NCBI GenBank assembly: GCA_020852215.1
Contig: JADZBF010000332.1
Coordinates: forward strand, 1 to 41,733
DNA: 41,733 bases
Origin: Lysobacter sp.
GTDB lineage: Bacteria > Pseudomonadota > Gammaproteobacteria > Xanthomonadales > Xanthomonadaceae
Direction: 5' to 3'
Position 1 is the stretch's first letter. Each line of letters opens with the position of its first letter. The notes beneath the pieces are model-generated. The model worked only from the letters and a program-made list of their open reading frames with translations, did no database searches and was not told the DNA's origin. Position numbers and translations under genes: made by a program. Shown in pieces: positions 31,210 through 38,945 of the stretch.

Positions 31210-31968
31210 ATGACGGGGTTCCAACGTTTGATCATGGCGATCTGGGTGATCGCGACGCTGTTGGTGGTGGCGTTCGCCATCGCCGATTTCGATACGACGT
31301 TCCGACTGTATTACTCGAACGCGCTGCAACTGTTGTCCAGTTTGGGCTGCGGCGCGATTTGTCTGAGCGTGATGGGCGTATTCCCGCCGGGCAGCCCGCT
31401 GCGCAACGCATGGCGCTGGATCGGTTTGGGCGTGATCGCCTGGGGCGTCGGCGCGATGATCTTCGCCGGCTATCCGCTGCTGCACGACGGCGAAGACACG
31501 CCGTATCCCTATTACGCGGACATCGGCTATCTGCTGACCAGCCCGCTGATCGCGCTCGGCCTGTGGGTGTTCAAACGCGGCGCCGGTTTGGTCGCGCCGC
31601 TGTGGGGCAAGATTCTGGCGCTGGCGGTGCTGCTGGTCAGCGGTTACTGGGGCTATTACGCCAATCAGGAAGGCCTGAGCGGGCAGGGCATCGCGATGTT
31701 GGTCACGTCGCTGTGCTACATGCTGTTCGATCCGATTCTGTTGGCGATCACCGTGTTGACGGCCTCGTCCTTCACCGGCGGCATCGTCGCGCAGACGTGG
31801 TGGAAAGTGGTGGTCGGCGTGATCTTTTACTTTTTCGCCAACCAAGCCTTCACCTACTTGAATCTGATCGATAACTACACCACCGGCCATTGGGCCGACA
31901 TCGGCTGGATGTTCGGTTTCGGTTCGATCGCGTGGGCCGCGGTGACGGCGCGCAGGATGATGCTCTGA
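31210..31968 (+). CDS. Stand-alone multi-pass (about 7-8 TM) membrane protein resembling membrane sensor input domains
   Basis: Hydrophobic helices; AWRWIGLG...PYPYYADIGYLL; Y..GHWADIGW; RBS gggggaa. Confidence 0.8.
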   Translation: MTGFQRLIMAIWVIATLLVVAFAIADFDTTFRLYYSNALQLLSSLGCGAICLSVMGVFPPGSPLRNAWRWIGLGVIAWGVGAMIFAGYPLLHDGEDTPYPYYADIGYLLTSPLIALGLWVFKRGAGLVAPLWGKILALAVLLVSGYWGYYANQEGLSGQGIAMLVTSLCYMLFDPILLAITVLTASSFTGGIVAQTWWKVVVGVIFYFFANQAFTYLNLIDNYTTGHWADIGWMFGFGSIAWAAVTARRMML

Positions 31969-32004
31969 CAGCATGATGCTCTGACCGCATGATGTTCTGA
32001 CCGC
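31957..32004 (+). repeat. 16-bp direct repeat x3 duplicating the gene end
   Basis: atgatgctctgacagc / atgatgctctgaccgc / atgatgttctgaccgc. Confidence 0.9.
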
Positions 32005-32117
32005 GACGATTCGTCATCCGCGCGCGCTTCGCGCGGATGACGGCGGCCGGGGTGCTAGCATGAAACCCATGAGGCAAGCAGGCGCCCGCGACGAGGCGCC
32101 GCCTTAGGGGGTGGGGA

Positions 32118-34226
32118 TTGGTTTTATCGCATTGCCGCGGCGCCATCGTCGCGGCGTTGTGCTGCCTCGCGACGAACGCGATCGCCGCACCCTTGCCGCG
32201 TTGCGCTGCGATCGACCCCAACGCGCTGCCGGAGACGGCCAGTTGCCAGCGCCGTTTCGCCACTATCGAAGCGCCTGCGCTCTACGAGCAGGCGGACACG
32301 CTGATGAAAGCGGGGCATTTCGATGATGCCGCCGATGCCTTGGACTGCGCTTCCGCGCGCATCGCGGTCGGTTCGGATGCGCATGCGCGCTACGAATGGA
32401 TCCGCCGGCGGGGCGTGCTGTCCTATCGCAAAGAGGATCTGAAAGCGGCGCACACGCATTTCGACTGCGCGTTGAAGGTCGCCGAAAGTCTTCAGGATCG
32501 CCCGGCGATCGCCAAGCAATTGAGGAACAAGGGCAGCGTCCTGCGGCGGCTCGGCAAATACAAAAGCGCTCTGGCCGCGCTGGAAGCCAGTCTGAAAATC
32601 ATGCGCGAGGACGGCGATGCCGCCACCGGCGCCGTGCTCAACAACATCGGCGATGTCTATCGCGAAATCGAAGAGCCGACATCGGCCGAACAGTACTATC
32701 GCGACGCCATGGACGCCTATCGGCGACAAGGCGATGTCGTCGAGACCAACCATGTCCTCGATAGCCTCAGTCTGCTGGCGTTGGAGCGCGGCGACACCAA
32801 GACCGCGACGCGCCAACTCAACACCGCATTGGAGGCCTATCGGCGAGCGGACAATTGGGAGTATCAGTTGCGGGTCTACACGCTGCTGATCCGTGCCGCG
32901 CTCATGGACGGCGATGTCGAACGCGCGAGGCGCTACGGCGCCAACGGCTTCGCCATCGCCGAAACGCACAAATTGCCGATCCACGACGAATTCAGGCTGT
33001 ATTCGGCCCGCGCCGACCGCATCAGCGGGCGCGTCCAGTCCGCGGAGGTCAGCCTGCTCGAAGCGCTTCAGGGCAAGCCCGAAAACGACGAGAACCATGC
33101 CGAGCTGCTGATCGAGTTGGCGAAGACGCTGGAGCAGAGCGGCCGATACAGCGATGCGCTTGCGCGTATGCGCGAAGTCCGCGAATTCGATCTTCGCAAT
33201 GTGCGCAACAAGAACAACAGCGAACTCGATCGGCTGCTCATCCGTTTCGAAACCGCCGAGCGCGACCGCACCATCGCCCAATTGCGTCAGAGCAAGTTGA
33301 TACTGTGGTTGATCGTCGCATCGGTGTTGGCCGCGTTGTTCGGCGTGTCGATCCTGTTCCTGCGCCGACAACAACGCACCCGCATCGCCGAAGCGGCGAG
33401 CCGCGCGCGTTACGAGGAAATGCTGTTGCGTTACCGGCGCGAGGCCGATGCGTTGAGCAGCGATCGCGACCTGCTGCAGGCCTTGTTGGACAGCCGCAGC
33501 GAAGCCTTGTGTCTGCTGGATGCCGATGGCCGCGTACTCGCGGTCAACCGTGCGGCGCGTCCGCTGCTCGGCTCGGAATGCGGGCCTTCGATCGGCGCCC
33601 CGCTGTCGGAATCGCTTTCGACGGAAGACGCCGCCGCGCTGGCAGCCGCATTGGAGCGCATGGAAGACGCCTCGACGCAGACGCTGACGTTCGCGGCCGG
33701 CGATGGCCGCGGTGCGCTGCGGGTCGAATTATCGCAATGGGAGCAAGGCGACGGGTTGGTGGTGATGTCGCTCGATACGAAGGGAAGCGATGACGCCATC
33801 GCAACGGATATCGAGGAGGCGTCTGCGCTATCGCACGCGCCATCGCCGCAGGAAACAGTCGTCGCGCCGACGAGCGTGTCTTCGACCGATGATGTCGATA
33901 CGCGCGCCGCGTTCCGCCGCTTGTTGGTGGAACTGATGCTGGCGCTGATCGAAGCCTGGGAACGCACGACGGGGACGAATCGCATCGAAATGGCCGAGCG
34001 CAGTCGGATTTGGAGCATCAATATCGACGACGGCCGCTTGCGCGCGCGGGCGATGGAGCGCTATCTGAATTTGTCGAAGCTGCCGCAGAACCCGCGTTGG
34101 CGCGATGTCCTGCGCACGGCGTATTACGTGATGGGCCAATGCCCGCTCGACCCGCAGGAACGCGAAGAACTGCAACGCCAGGTGGATGCGGTGCTCGCAT
34201 ACACCCGGCGCAATGCGTTGGTTTGA
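32118..34226 (+). CDS. Signal peptide-TPR-TM-coiled coil-PAS protein with conserved C-terminal domain (paralog 2)
   Basis: Signal peptide ...LATNAIA; LRNKGSVLRRLGK, VLNNIGDVYRE; TM LILWLIVASVLAALFGVSILFL; EALCLLDADGRVLAVNRAA; colinear with 26623-28779; TTG start uncertain. Confidence 0.85.
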   Translation: MVLSHCRGAIVAALCCLATNAIAAPLPRCAAIDPNALPETASCQRRFATIEAPALYEQADTLMKAGHFDDAADALDCASARIAVGSDAHARYEWIRRRGVLSYRKEDLKAAHTHFDCALKVAESLQDRPAIAKQLRNKGSVLRRLGKYKSALAALEASLKIMREDGDAATGAVLNNIGDVYREIEEPTSAEQYYRDAMDAYRRQGDVVETNHVLDSLSLLALERGDTKTATRQLNTALEAYRRADNWEYQLRVYTLLIRAALMDGDVERARRYGANGFAIAETHKLPIHDEFRLYSARADRISGRVQSAEVSLLEALQGKPENDENHAELLIELAKTLEQSGRYSDALARMREVREFDLRNVRNKNNSELDRLLIRFETAERDRTIAQLRQSKLILWLIVASVLAALFGVSILFLRRQQRTRIAEAASRARYEEMLLRYRREADALSSDRDLLQALLDSRSEALCLLDADGRVLAVNRAARPLLGSECGPSIGAPLSESLSTEDAAALAAALERMEDASTQTLTFAAGDGRGALRVELSQWEQGDGLVVMSLDTKGSDDAIATDIEEASALSHAPSPQETVVAPTSVSSTDDVDTRAAFRRLLVELMLALIEAWERTTGTNRIEMAERSRIWSINIDDGRLRARAMERYLNLSKLPQNPRWRDVLRTAYYVMGQCPLDPQEREELQRQVDAVLAYTRRNALV

Positions 34227-34249
34227 TCGCGCGCGGCCGCGCAGCCGAT

Positions 34250-34906
34250 TCAATCGCCTTTCTTGGGCGGTTGCACCTTGACCTGATCTCTGGGAATCGC
34301 CGTCGCCGGGCCGATCGATCGGCCACTCGTACAGACATAACAATCGCCGTGCAGCACGAAATCGCCGCCGACCGCGTTTTGGCTGGCGACGGCCTTGTAG
34401 GACGTGTGGTGATTGGCCGTGTCGTTGAATGCGGTGTAAGCCGGATCGGCTTTGAAATAGGCCTGTCCATTGCTGCCCGGGAGGCTATTGCAGATCTGAC
34501 GAGCCAGCAGGGCCGAATAGTGCCACTCGTCGACGATGCCGCACCATGCGTCCGGTCCTTTCTCGTCGATAGGAACGCTGGTGATTGGCCCGTGTTCGCC
34601 GCTGTTAGCGACGGACAACCGCGCATTGCGTTGCGGGTTATCGATCACGGCGATCAGGTCCGCCAATGTCGCCCGCTTGTGCTCGGTTTTTGCGATGGCG
34701 CTCGCGCCGGGCGGACGGGTGGCGAAGCGATGGACATTTCGGTATGCATTCAACTGGGCGAGGGTGAATTGGAATTCGCCCACGACGACCCGCTTCGCGC
34801 CCCGGGCCTTGCATGTGGCGGGTTCGGCCGGGTCGTCCGCCAAGGCGGGCGCGGCGACGCCAAGCATCAGTGCGAGGCTGAGCAGGCAGCGTAAAGAGTT
34901 GAACAT
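34250..34906 (-). CDS. Secreted Cys-rich 'CGIVD(D/E)W' protein (paralog 2)
   Basis: RBS ggggag; signal peptide ending APALA; VVGEFQFT..QLNAYR, WCGIVDEW, FNDTANHHTSY, LHGDCYVC. Confidence 0.85.
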   Translation of the reverse strand: MFNSLRCLLSLALMLGVAAPALADDPAEPATCKARGAKRVVVGEFQFTLAQLNAYRNVHRFATRPPGASAIAKTEHKRATLADLIAVIDNPQRNARLSVANSGEHGPITSVPIDEKGPDAWCGIVDEWHYSALLARQICNSLPGSNGQAYFKADPAYTAFNDTANHHTSYKAVASQNAVGGDFVLHGDCYVCTSGRSIGPATAIPRDQVKVQPPKKGD

Positions 34907-34933
34907 GAGCGACTCCCCTGTGGTTTGAGAGCG

Positions 34934-35015
34934 GCCAGTCTAGGCGGTGCCGTCCGCCGGTCGCCAGCGCTTTGCCGGGAATATCGCGGGAATGATGCGA
35001 CGTAAGTCGTTGATG
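34934..35015 (-). promoter_or_regulatory. Putative promoter of 34250-34906: -10 TAGACT, CCCG-N7-CCCG repeat, IHF-like site
   Basis: Plus-strand gccagtctag 34934-43, cggg 34976-79 and 34987-90, taagtcgttgatg 35003-15. Confidence 0.6.
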
Positions 35016-35089
35016 CGACGAGAAGTCGCTTATCGCGCGGGCATCGTCTTCGCGCGAATCGCTCCGCTCAAGCGATCGAATCGCGCTTG

Positions 35090-35236
35090 GGAACCTCTGA
35101 ACAATTCAGAGGTTCCGCGCGCCATGGATGGTGCGCTCGCGGATCAATCACCCAAGTGATTGATCCGGCGGGAGCGGACTCAGGCTTGGCCTGAGTCCGT
35201 GACGTCTGAATCACGCCAGGATGGCGTGATTCAGAC
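35090..35236. repeat. Array of five back-to-back hairpins
   Basis: Perfect stems at 35090-35116 (12 bp), 35140-35167 (12 bp), 35175-35199 (11 bp), 35204-35236 (15 bp), plus gcgcgcca-tgga-tggtgcgc at 35117-35136. Confidence 0.88.
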
Positions 35237-35450
35237 CTCTCCTCGGGCGCCGCGTTTTGCCGTCGGCGGATCGAATCGTGCCGTGCGTTTACCCGATCAT
35301 TCCCGACTCGATCCTTACCCTCCGACATACCGACGAATAGGGTGCTGCCACCGGATCGCGCCGCCTCCGAGACACACGGTCTCGCCAGCGTCCTCTCGCG
35401 ATCCGGCTCACCCATACGCCGCAACCGCGGCAACGTCAGGAGAAGTCGTG

Positions 35451-36170
35451 ATGACCACGCAGTCCCGTTCGATCGTCCCCGCCATCCCCACCATGCCTGT
35501 CCGTCGCGCCGCACTCGCGGCCGTGCTCGGTCTGTTCGCGGGGCTCGCCATGACCGCCGCGCCGCAGGTGCAGGCACAGGAAGCAGCGCAGGCACCGCCG
35601 CGTGCCGCCGGCGTGCGGCCTTTGCCGGATCAGAAGATCCCGACGCTGGGCTGCTGCCGTTGTCTTGGCGACAAGAACACACTGGACCTCAGCACCATTC
35701 CCGGCAACCCCTGGAAGGTCAACGGCGTGCCCGCGGCGTTCGTCACCCCGAAGAACGCGGCTTGGAGCAACGATACCGGCGGCGCCAAGTGGATCGGCCC
35801 CAACGCCGCAGGCTCCGGCGGGAACAACACCACCTACCTTTACACGCTGCAGTTCAAAGTCGAAAAATGCACGATCCCGCAAACCATCGTGTTCAAAGGA
35901 AATTCGGCGGCCGCCGATAACTACATCAAAGTGTCGCTGACCGGCCCCACCAGCGGCGGTCCGGTGCAATGCAACGTCCCGGGCGGTTACTGCTTCACCG
36001 CCGCCAATCAGCTCAACAACTTCGCGGCTTGGCCGGTCGTGCCGGGCCTGTACACCTTGAACGTCGAGGTCAACAACATCAGCGGCCCGACTGGCATGTT
36101 CATCAACGCCTCGGTCGAGGGGCAATGCACGAAAGAGCCGGCCAAGCCGGAGAAGGGCCGGGACATCTGA
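35451..36170 (+). CDS. Secreted Cys-containing beta-rich protein (jelly-roll/lectin-like)
   Basis: RBS aggag; signal peptide ending QVQA; AKWIGP, YLYTLQF, AADNYIKVSL, GLYTLNVEVNN...GPTGM; CCRC motif. Confidence 0.8.
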   Translation: MTTQSRSIVPAIPTMPVRRAALAAVLGLFAGLAMTAAPQVQAQEAAQAPPRAAGVRPLPDQKIPTLGCCRCLGDKNTLDLSTIPGNPWKVNGVPAAFVTPKNAAWSNDTGGAKWIGPNAAGSGGNNTTYLYTLQFKVEKCTIPQTIVFKGNSAAADNYIKVSLTGPTSGGPVQCNVPGGYCFTAANQLNNFAAWPVVPGLYTLNVEVNNISGPTGMFINASVEGQCTKEPAKPEKGRDI

Positions 36171-36197
36171 TTCGTTCGGCGATTCGCTCGCCGGTCA

Positions 36198-36234
36198 GAA
36201 CGGGCGCTCTCCATGCGAGCGCGCCCGTTTCGTT
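36198..36234 (+). terminator. Possible terminator hairpin
   Basis: aacgggcgc...gcgcccgtt followed by tcgttt. Confidence 0.55.
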
Positions 36235-36356
36235 TGCGGCCTCGATCCTTCGAAGCGCTACGCAAACCTGTTCGTTCACGTCAAAGCCCCATGCCCGAAT
36301 AGGGGCGGAATCCGGAACGAAACTTCCGCAGAAAATCATCAGAAAAGGGGAGCAAC

Positions 36357-36845
36357 ATGCCTCAGATATGCAACGTCGTGACGACTTGGGCTACTGAAAA
36401 TATATCGGAACCCGTGGAGAATTGGATATCGCAGCAGCAAACGCAATGCTCGAAATGGCCATGGCCTTTGAATTGGATTTGCAAGGCGGTGATGGTGTTG
36501 GTGAAGGTGATCGTTTGGATCACGAAGACGGTGACGACCATCGTCTCGACCGTCGTCTGTACCGTGGTGACATTGGTCGTCGGCATCGTTTTTTGGGTCT
36601 TCGCGCACATCATCGATTCTTTCTGCCACACGTGCAGCGCTGTAGCTTGGGTCCATTTTTGGTTTTTGACGCTGGGCAAAATCAAGTACAAGTCCAAGGC
36701 ACCCTCGCCGAAAAACCCCGACCAGTTCGACTACGTCTTCGATTGCGGCTGCAAAAAAAACGGTGGGCCGGAAATCACGGTCACAGCCATCAACGACAAT
36801 GATGCCGCCGCCAAGGCAAAAGAGCTTTGCGGGAAGTCGTGTTGA
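36357..36845 (+). CDS. Cys/Val/Thr/Trp-rich hypothetical membrane protein
   Basis: Strong RBS aaggggag; long hydrophobic V/T/I stretch; many Cys; visibly AT-richer. Confidence 0.78.
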   Translation: MPQICNVVTTWATENISEPVENWISQQQTQCSKWPWPLNWICKAVMVLVKVIVWITKTVTTIVSTVVCTVVTLVVGIVFWVFAHIIDSFCHTCSAVAWVHFWFLTLGKIKYKSKAPSPKNPDQFDYVFDCGCKKNGGPEITVTAINDNDAAAKAKELCGKSC

Positions 36846-36849
36846 GAAG

Positions 36850-36880
36850 TCGAGCCCGCCGTTCGACGCAGGCGGGTCGA
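36850..36880. terminator. Hairpin between convergent genes (possible bidirectional terminator)
   Basis: tcgagcccgcc...ggcgggtcga. Confidence 0.45.
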
Positions 36881-36881
36881 T

Positions 36882-38861
36882 TCATGCGGCAGCGTCCCGC
36901 AGCGCCAAGGCGATCAACTTCGCATAGAGCCTATCGCCGAGGCTCGACGGCGATGCGTAACCCATCCGTCGCAGCGCCTCGGCGTCCGCGGCGGATGGCG
37001 CGCCGGAAGCCGTGATCGCGCGCAGGATCGTCTTCAATTTCGTCGCGCGCGTCGCGGTGTTCGCCTTCAACCAGCCCAGCGCTTTGACGAGGCGTTGCTC
37101 GACCGGCGTGAAATCGCTGCCCAGTGGGTAATCGGGCAGCGTGCCGTCGGTGCGGAACGGGGCCAGCGCGTCGCGCAGGCGCTCGGGGCGGTTGCGGTCG
37201 TCGAGCCGCATCAGCACGGGCGATGCGTACAATTTCCCGCGCAGATTCGCTTCGCTGAGCAAGGCATGGCGAAAGCGCGCATCCGCGATGCCGGCCATGC
37301 GCATGACGCAATCCTCATCGCAGGCGCCGTGCAGATCGGCGATGCCGTATTCGCTGACGTAGAGATCGCGCAGGTGACGCGGGATGGTGGTGTGTCCGTA
37401 GTTCCACAGGATGCTGGACACCGCGGGGTGCCCCGGTTCTTCGCGCACCGAGCGCAGCATCAGCACCGAGCGCGCCTTCGGTAGCGCATGCGCCATCGCC
37501 ACGAAGTTGTATTGGCCGCCCACGCCCGAGACCACGCGGCCGTCGGCCAATCCGTCCGACACCGCCGCGCCCAGCGCGGTGGCCATCATGCAGGTGTTGA
37601 AGAAGCGCGCGTCGCGACGCTGCGCTTTCTCCAGCATTTCGCGCCCGCCGTAAAGTTCGTTGACTTCGCTCACCCGACGCATGCCGATGGCGCGTTGTCC
37701 GGCGTCGTCGAGGCCGCGCAGCCAGTCGTAGAACTCGTGCGAGCCCAGAAAGAATGCGCCGTGCAGGAATTCGCCTTCGCGTTCGACGCGCGCGCGGTCT
37801 TCGTCGCTGGCGCTGCCGTCGCCGATGCGCCGCATCAAGGCTTCGTCGTCGACGATCTTTCGCCTCAGCACGCCGGATTGCACCAGTTTGCGGAAGCCTT
37901 CGTTGATCATCTCGCTGCAGCCGTACAGACCGATCGCGAACGGATCCAGGCCACCGCTGGCGATCACCGCCGGATGGCGTTCGATCTCAGGATCGAGCGC
38001 GCGCAGCACGCGGCGATACGCGGCGTTGTCGGTATGACGCAATACGAGGGCATGGCACAACGCATCGGCCAACGCGCCGATGCCGATCTGCAGCGTGCCG
38101 CCGTCGCGCACCAGGGCGCTGGCGTAGAAACCGATCGCGTATTCGGCGTCGGCGACGGGATGCCGCGGCAGCGCGAATAATTTCGGATACGGCCCGGGCG
38201 GCGCGACGACGATGTCGAAGAAATTCGCGTCCACCGCGGCACCGTTCTCGATCCACGGCAGTTCCGGATCGATTTCCGCCACCAGCAGCGGTCGCGCGCA
38301 ACCCAGCGCGACCACCGCGTCGATCGCATCGAAGGTCAGGTCGGTATTCGACGACAACGACAACCGCGAACCGTCGGCGTTGGCGGCGACTTTCTGCACG
38401 ATGCAATTGATGCCGCGCTCGGCGACGACGCGCGCGACATGGGTGTAGTTCAAGCTGTTGTAATGCCGCTGCGCTTCGCGAGACCCCAAAAGCGCACCGG
38501 ATTGTATGTAGAACTCTTCGACTGTGATGTGCGCGGGCAGCGCATCGCGCTTTTGCGCCTGCACGTAAGCCAAACGCGGGAAGTCGTCGCCGAAATGCCG
38601 CGACAGGAACGGCGCGAGAAAACGCTTCTGCAGATCGCCGCTGGGCGTGGGCGGGTCGAGCGACAGCGCGGTGTACAGATGCACCGGGTGCGACGCATCG
38701 CGTTCGACCCGCGCGTACAGCGCATTGAGCAAACGATGCGGTTTGCCGATGCCCAGCGGCGCGGCGATGCGCAGCGGGCCGTCGATGCGGGCGAGCAGGG
38801 TCTCGACGGCGGTGTCCAGAGCGTCGAGGCGGAGCGGGGCGGGGCGGCGGTCGTCGGTCAT
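36882..38861 (-). CDS. Acetyl-CoA hydrolase/transferase family protein
   Basis: PLGIGKP, NYTHVAR, DGGTLQIGIG, VVSGVGGQYNFVAMAH, TIPRHLRD..VSEYGIADL, YPLGSDFT. Confidence 0.93.
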   Translation of the reverse strand: MTDDRRPAPLRLDALDTAVETLLARIDGPLRIAAPLGIGKPHRLLNALYARVERDASHPVHLYTALSLDPPTPSGDLQKRFLAPFLSRHFGDDFPRLAYVQAQKRDALPAHITVEEFYIQSGALLGSREAQRHYNSLNYTHVARVVAERGINCIVQKVAANADGSRLSLSSNTDLTFDAIDAVVALGCARPLLVAEIDPELPWIENGAAVDANFFDIVVAPPGPYPKLFALPRHPVADAEYAIGFYASALVRDGGTLQIGIGALADALCHALVLRHTDNAAYRRVLRALDPEIERHPAVIASGGLDPFAIGLYGCSEMINEGFRKLVQSGVLRRKIVDDEALMRRIGDGSASDEDRARVEREGEFLHGAFFLGSHEFYDWLRGLDDAGQRAIGMRRVSEVNELYGGREMLEKAQRRDARFFNTCMMATALGAAVSDGLADGRVVSGVGGQYNFVAMAHALPKARSVLMLRSVREEPGHPAVSSILWNYGHTTIPRHLRDLYVSEYGIADLHGACDEDCVMRMAGIADARFRHALLSEANLRGKLYASPVLMRLDDRNRPERLRDALAPFRTDGTLPDYPLGSDFTPVEQRLVKALGWLKANTATRATKLKTILRAITASGAPSAADAEALRRMGYASPSSLGDRLYAKLIALALRDAAA

Positions 38862-38945
38862 CCCCGCATCTTCGCGCAATCCGGGCGCGAAAATCTGCGC
38901 AGGCTCAACTTCGCCGCCGCCCCACCCGTCAGCCGTCGACGGGGC

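Noticed and set aside
26623-34226. TPR-PAS proteins as histidine kinases or diguanylate cyclases
   Set aside because: No H-box, N/G1/G2 boxes, GGDEF or EAL motif is visible, and no response regulator is nearby
29003-34906. CxxC in the secreted proteins as a heme c attachment site
   Set aside because: The motifs are CVVCV and CYVCT, lacking the His of CxxCH
35090-35236. Hairpin array as a CRISPR array or integron attC cluster
   Set aside because: Units are not identical repeats, there are no spacers of regular length, and there are no cas genes, integrase or consistent RYYYAAC/GTTRRRY ends
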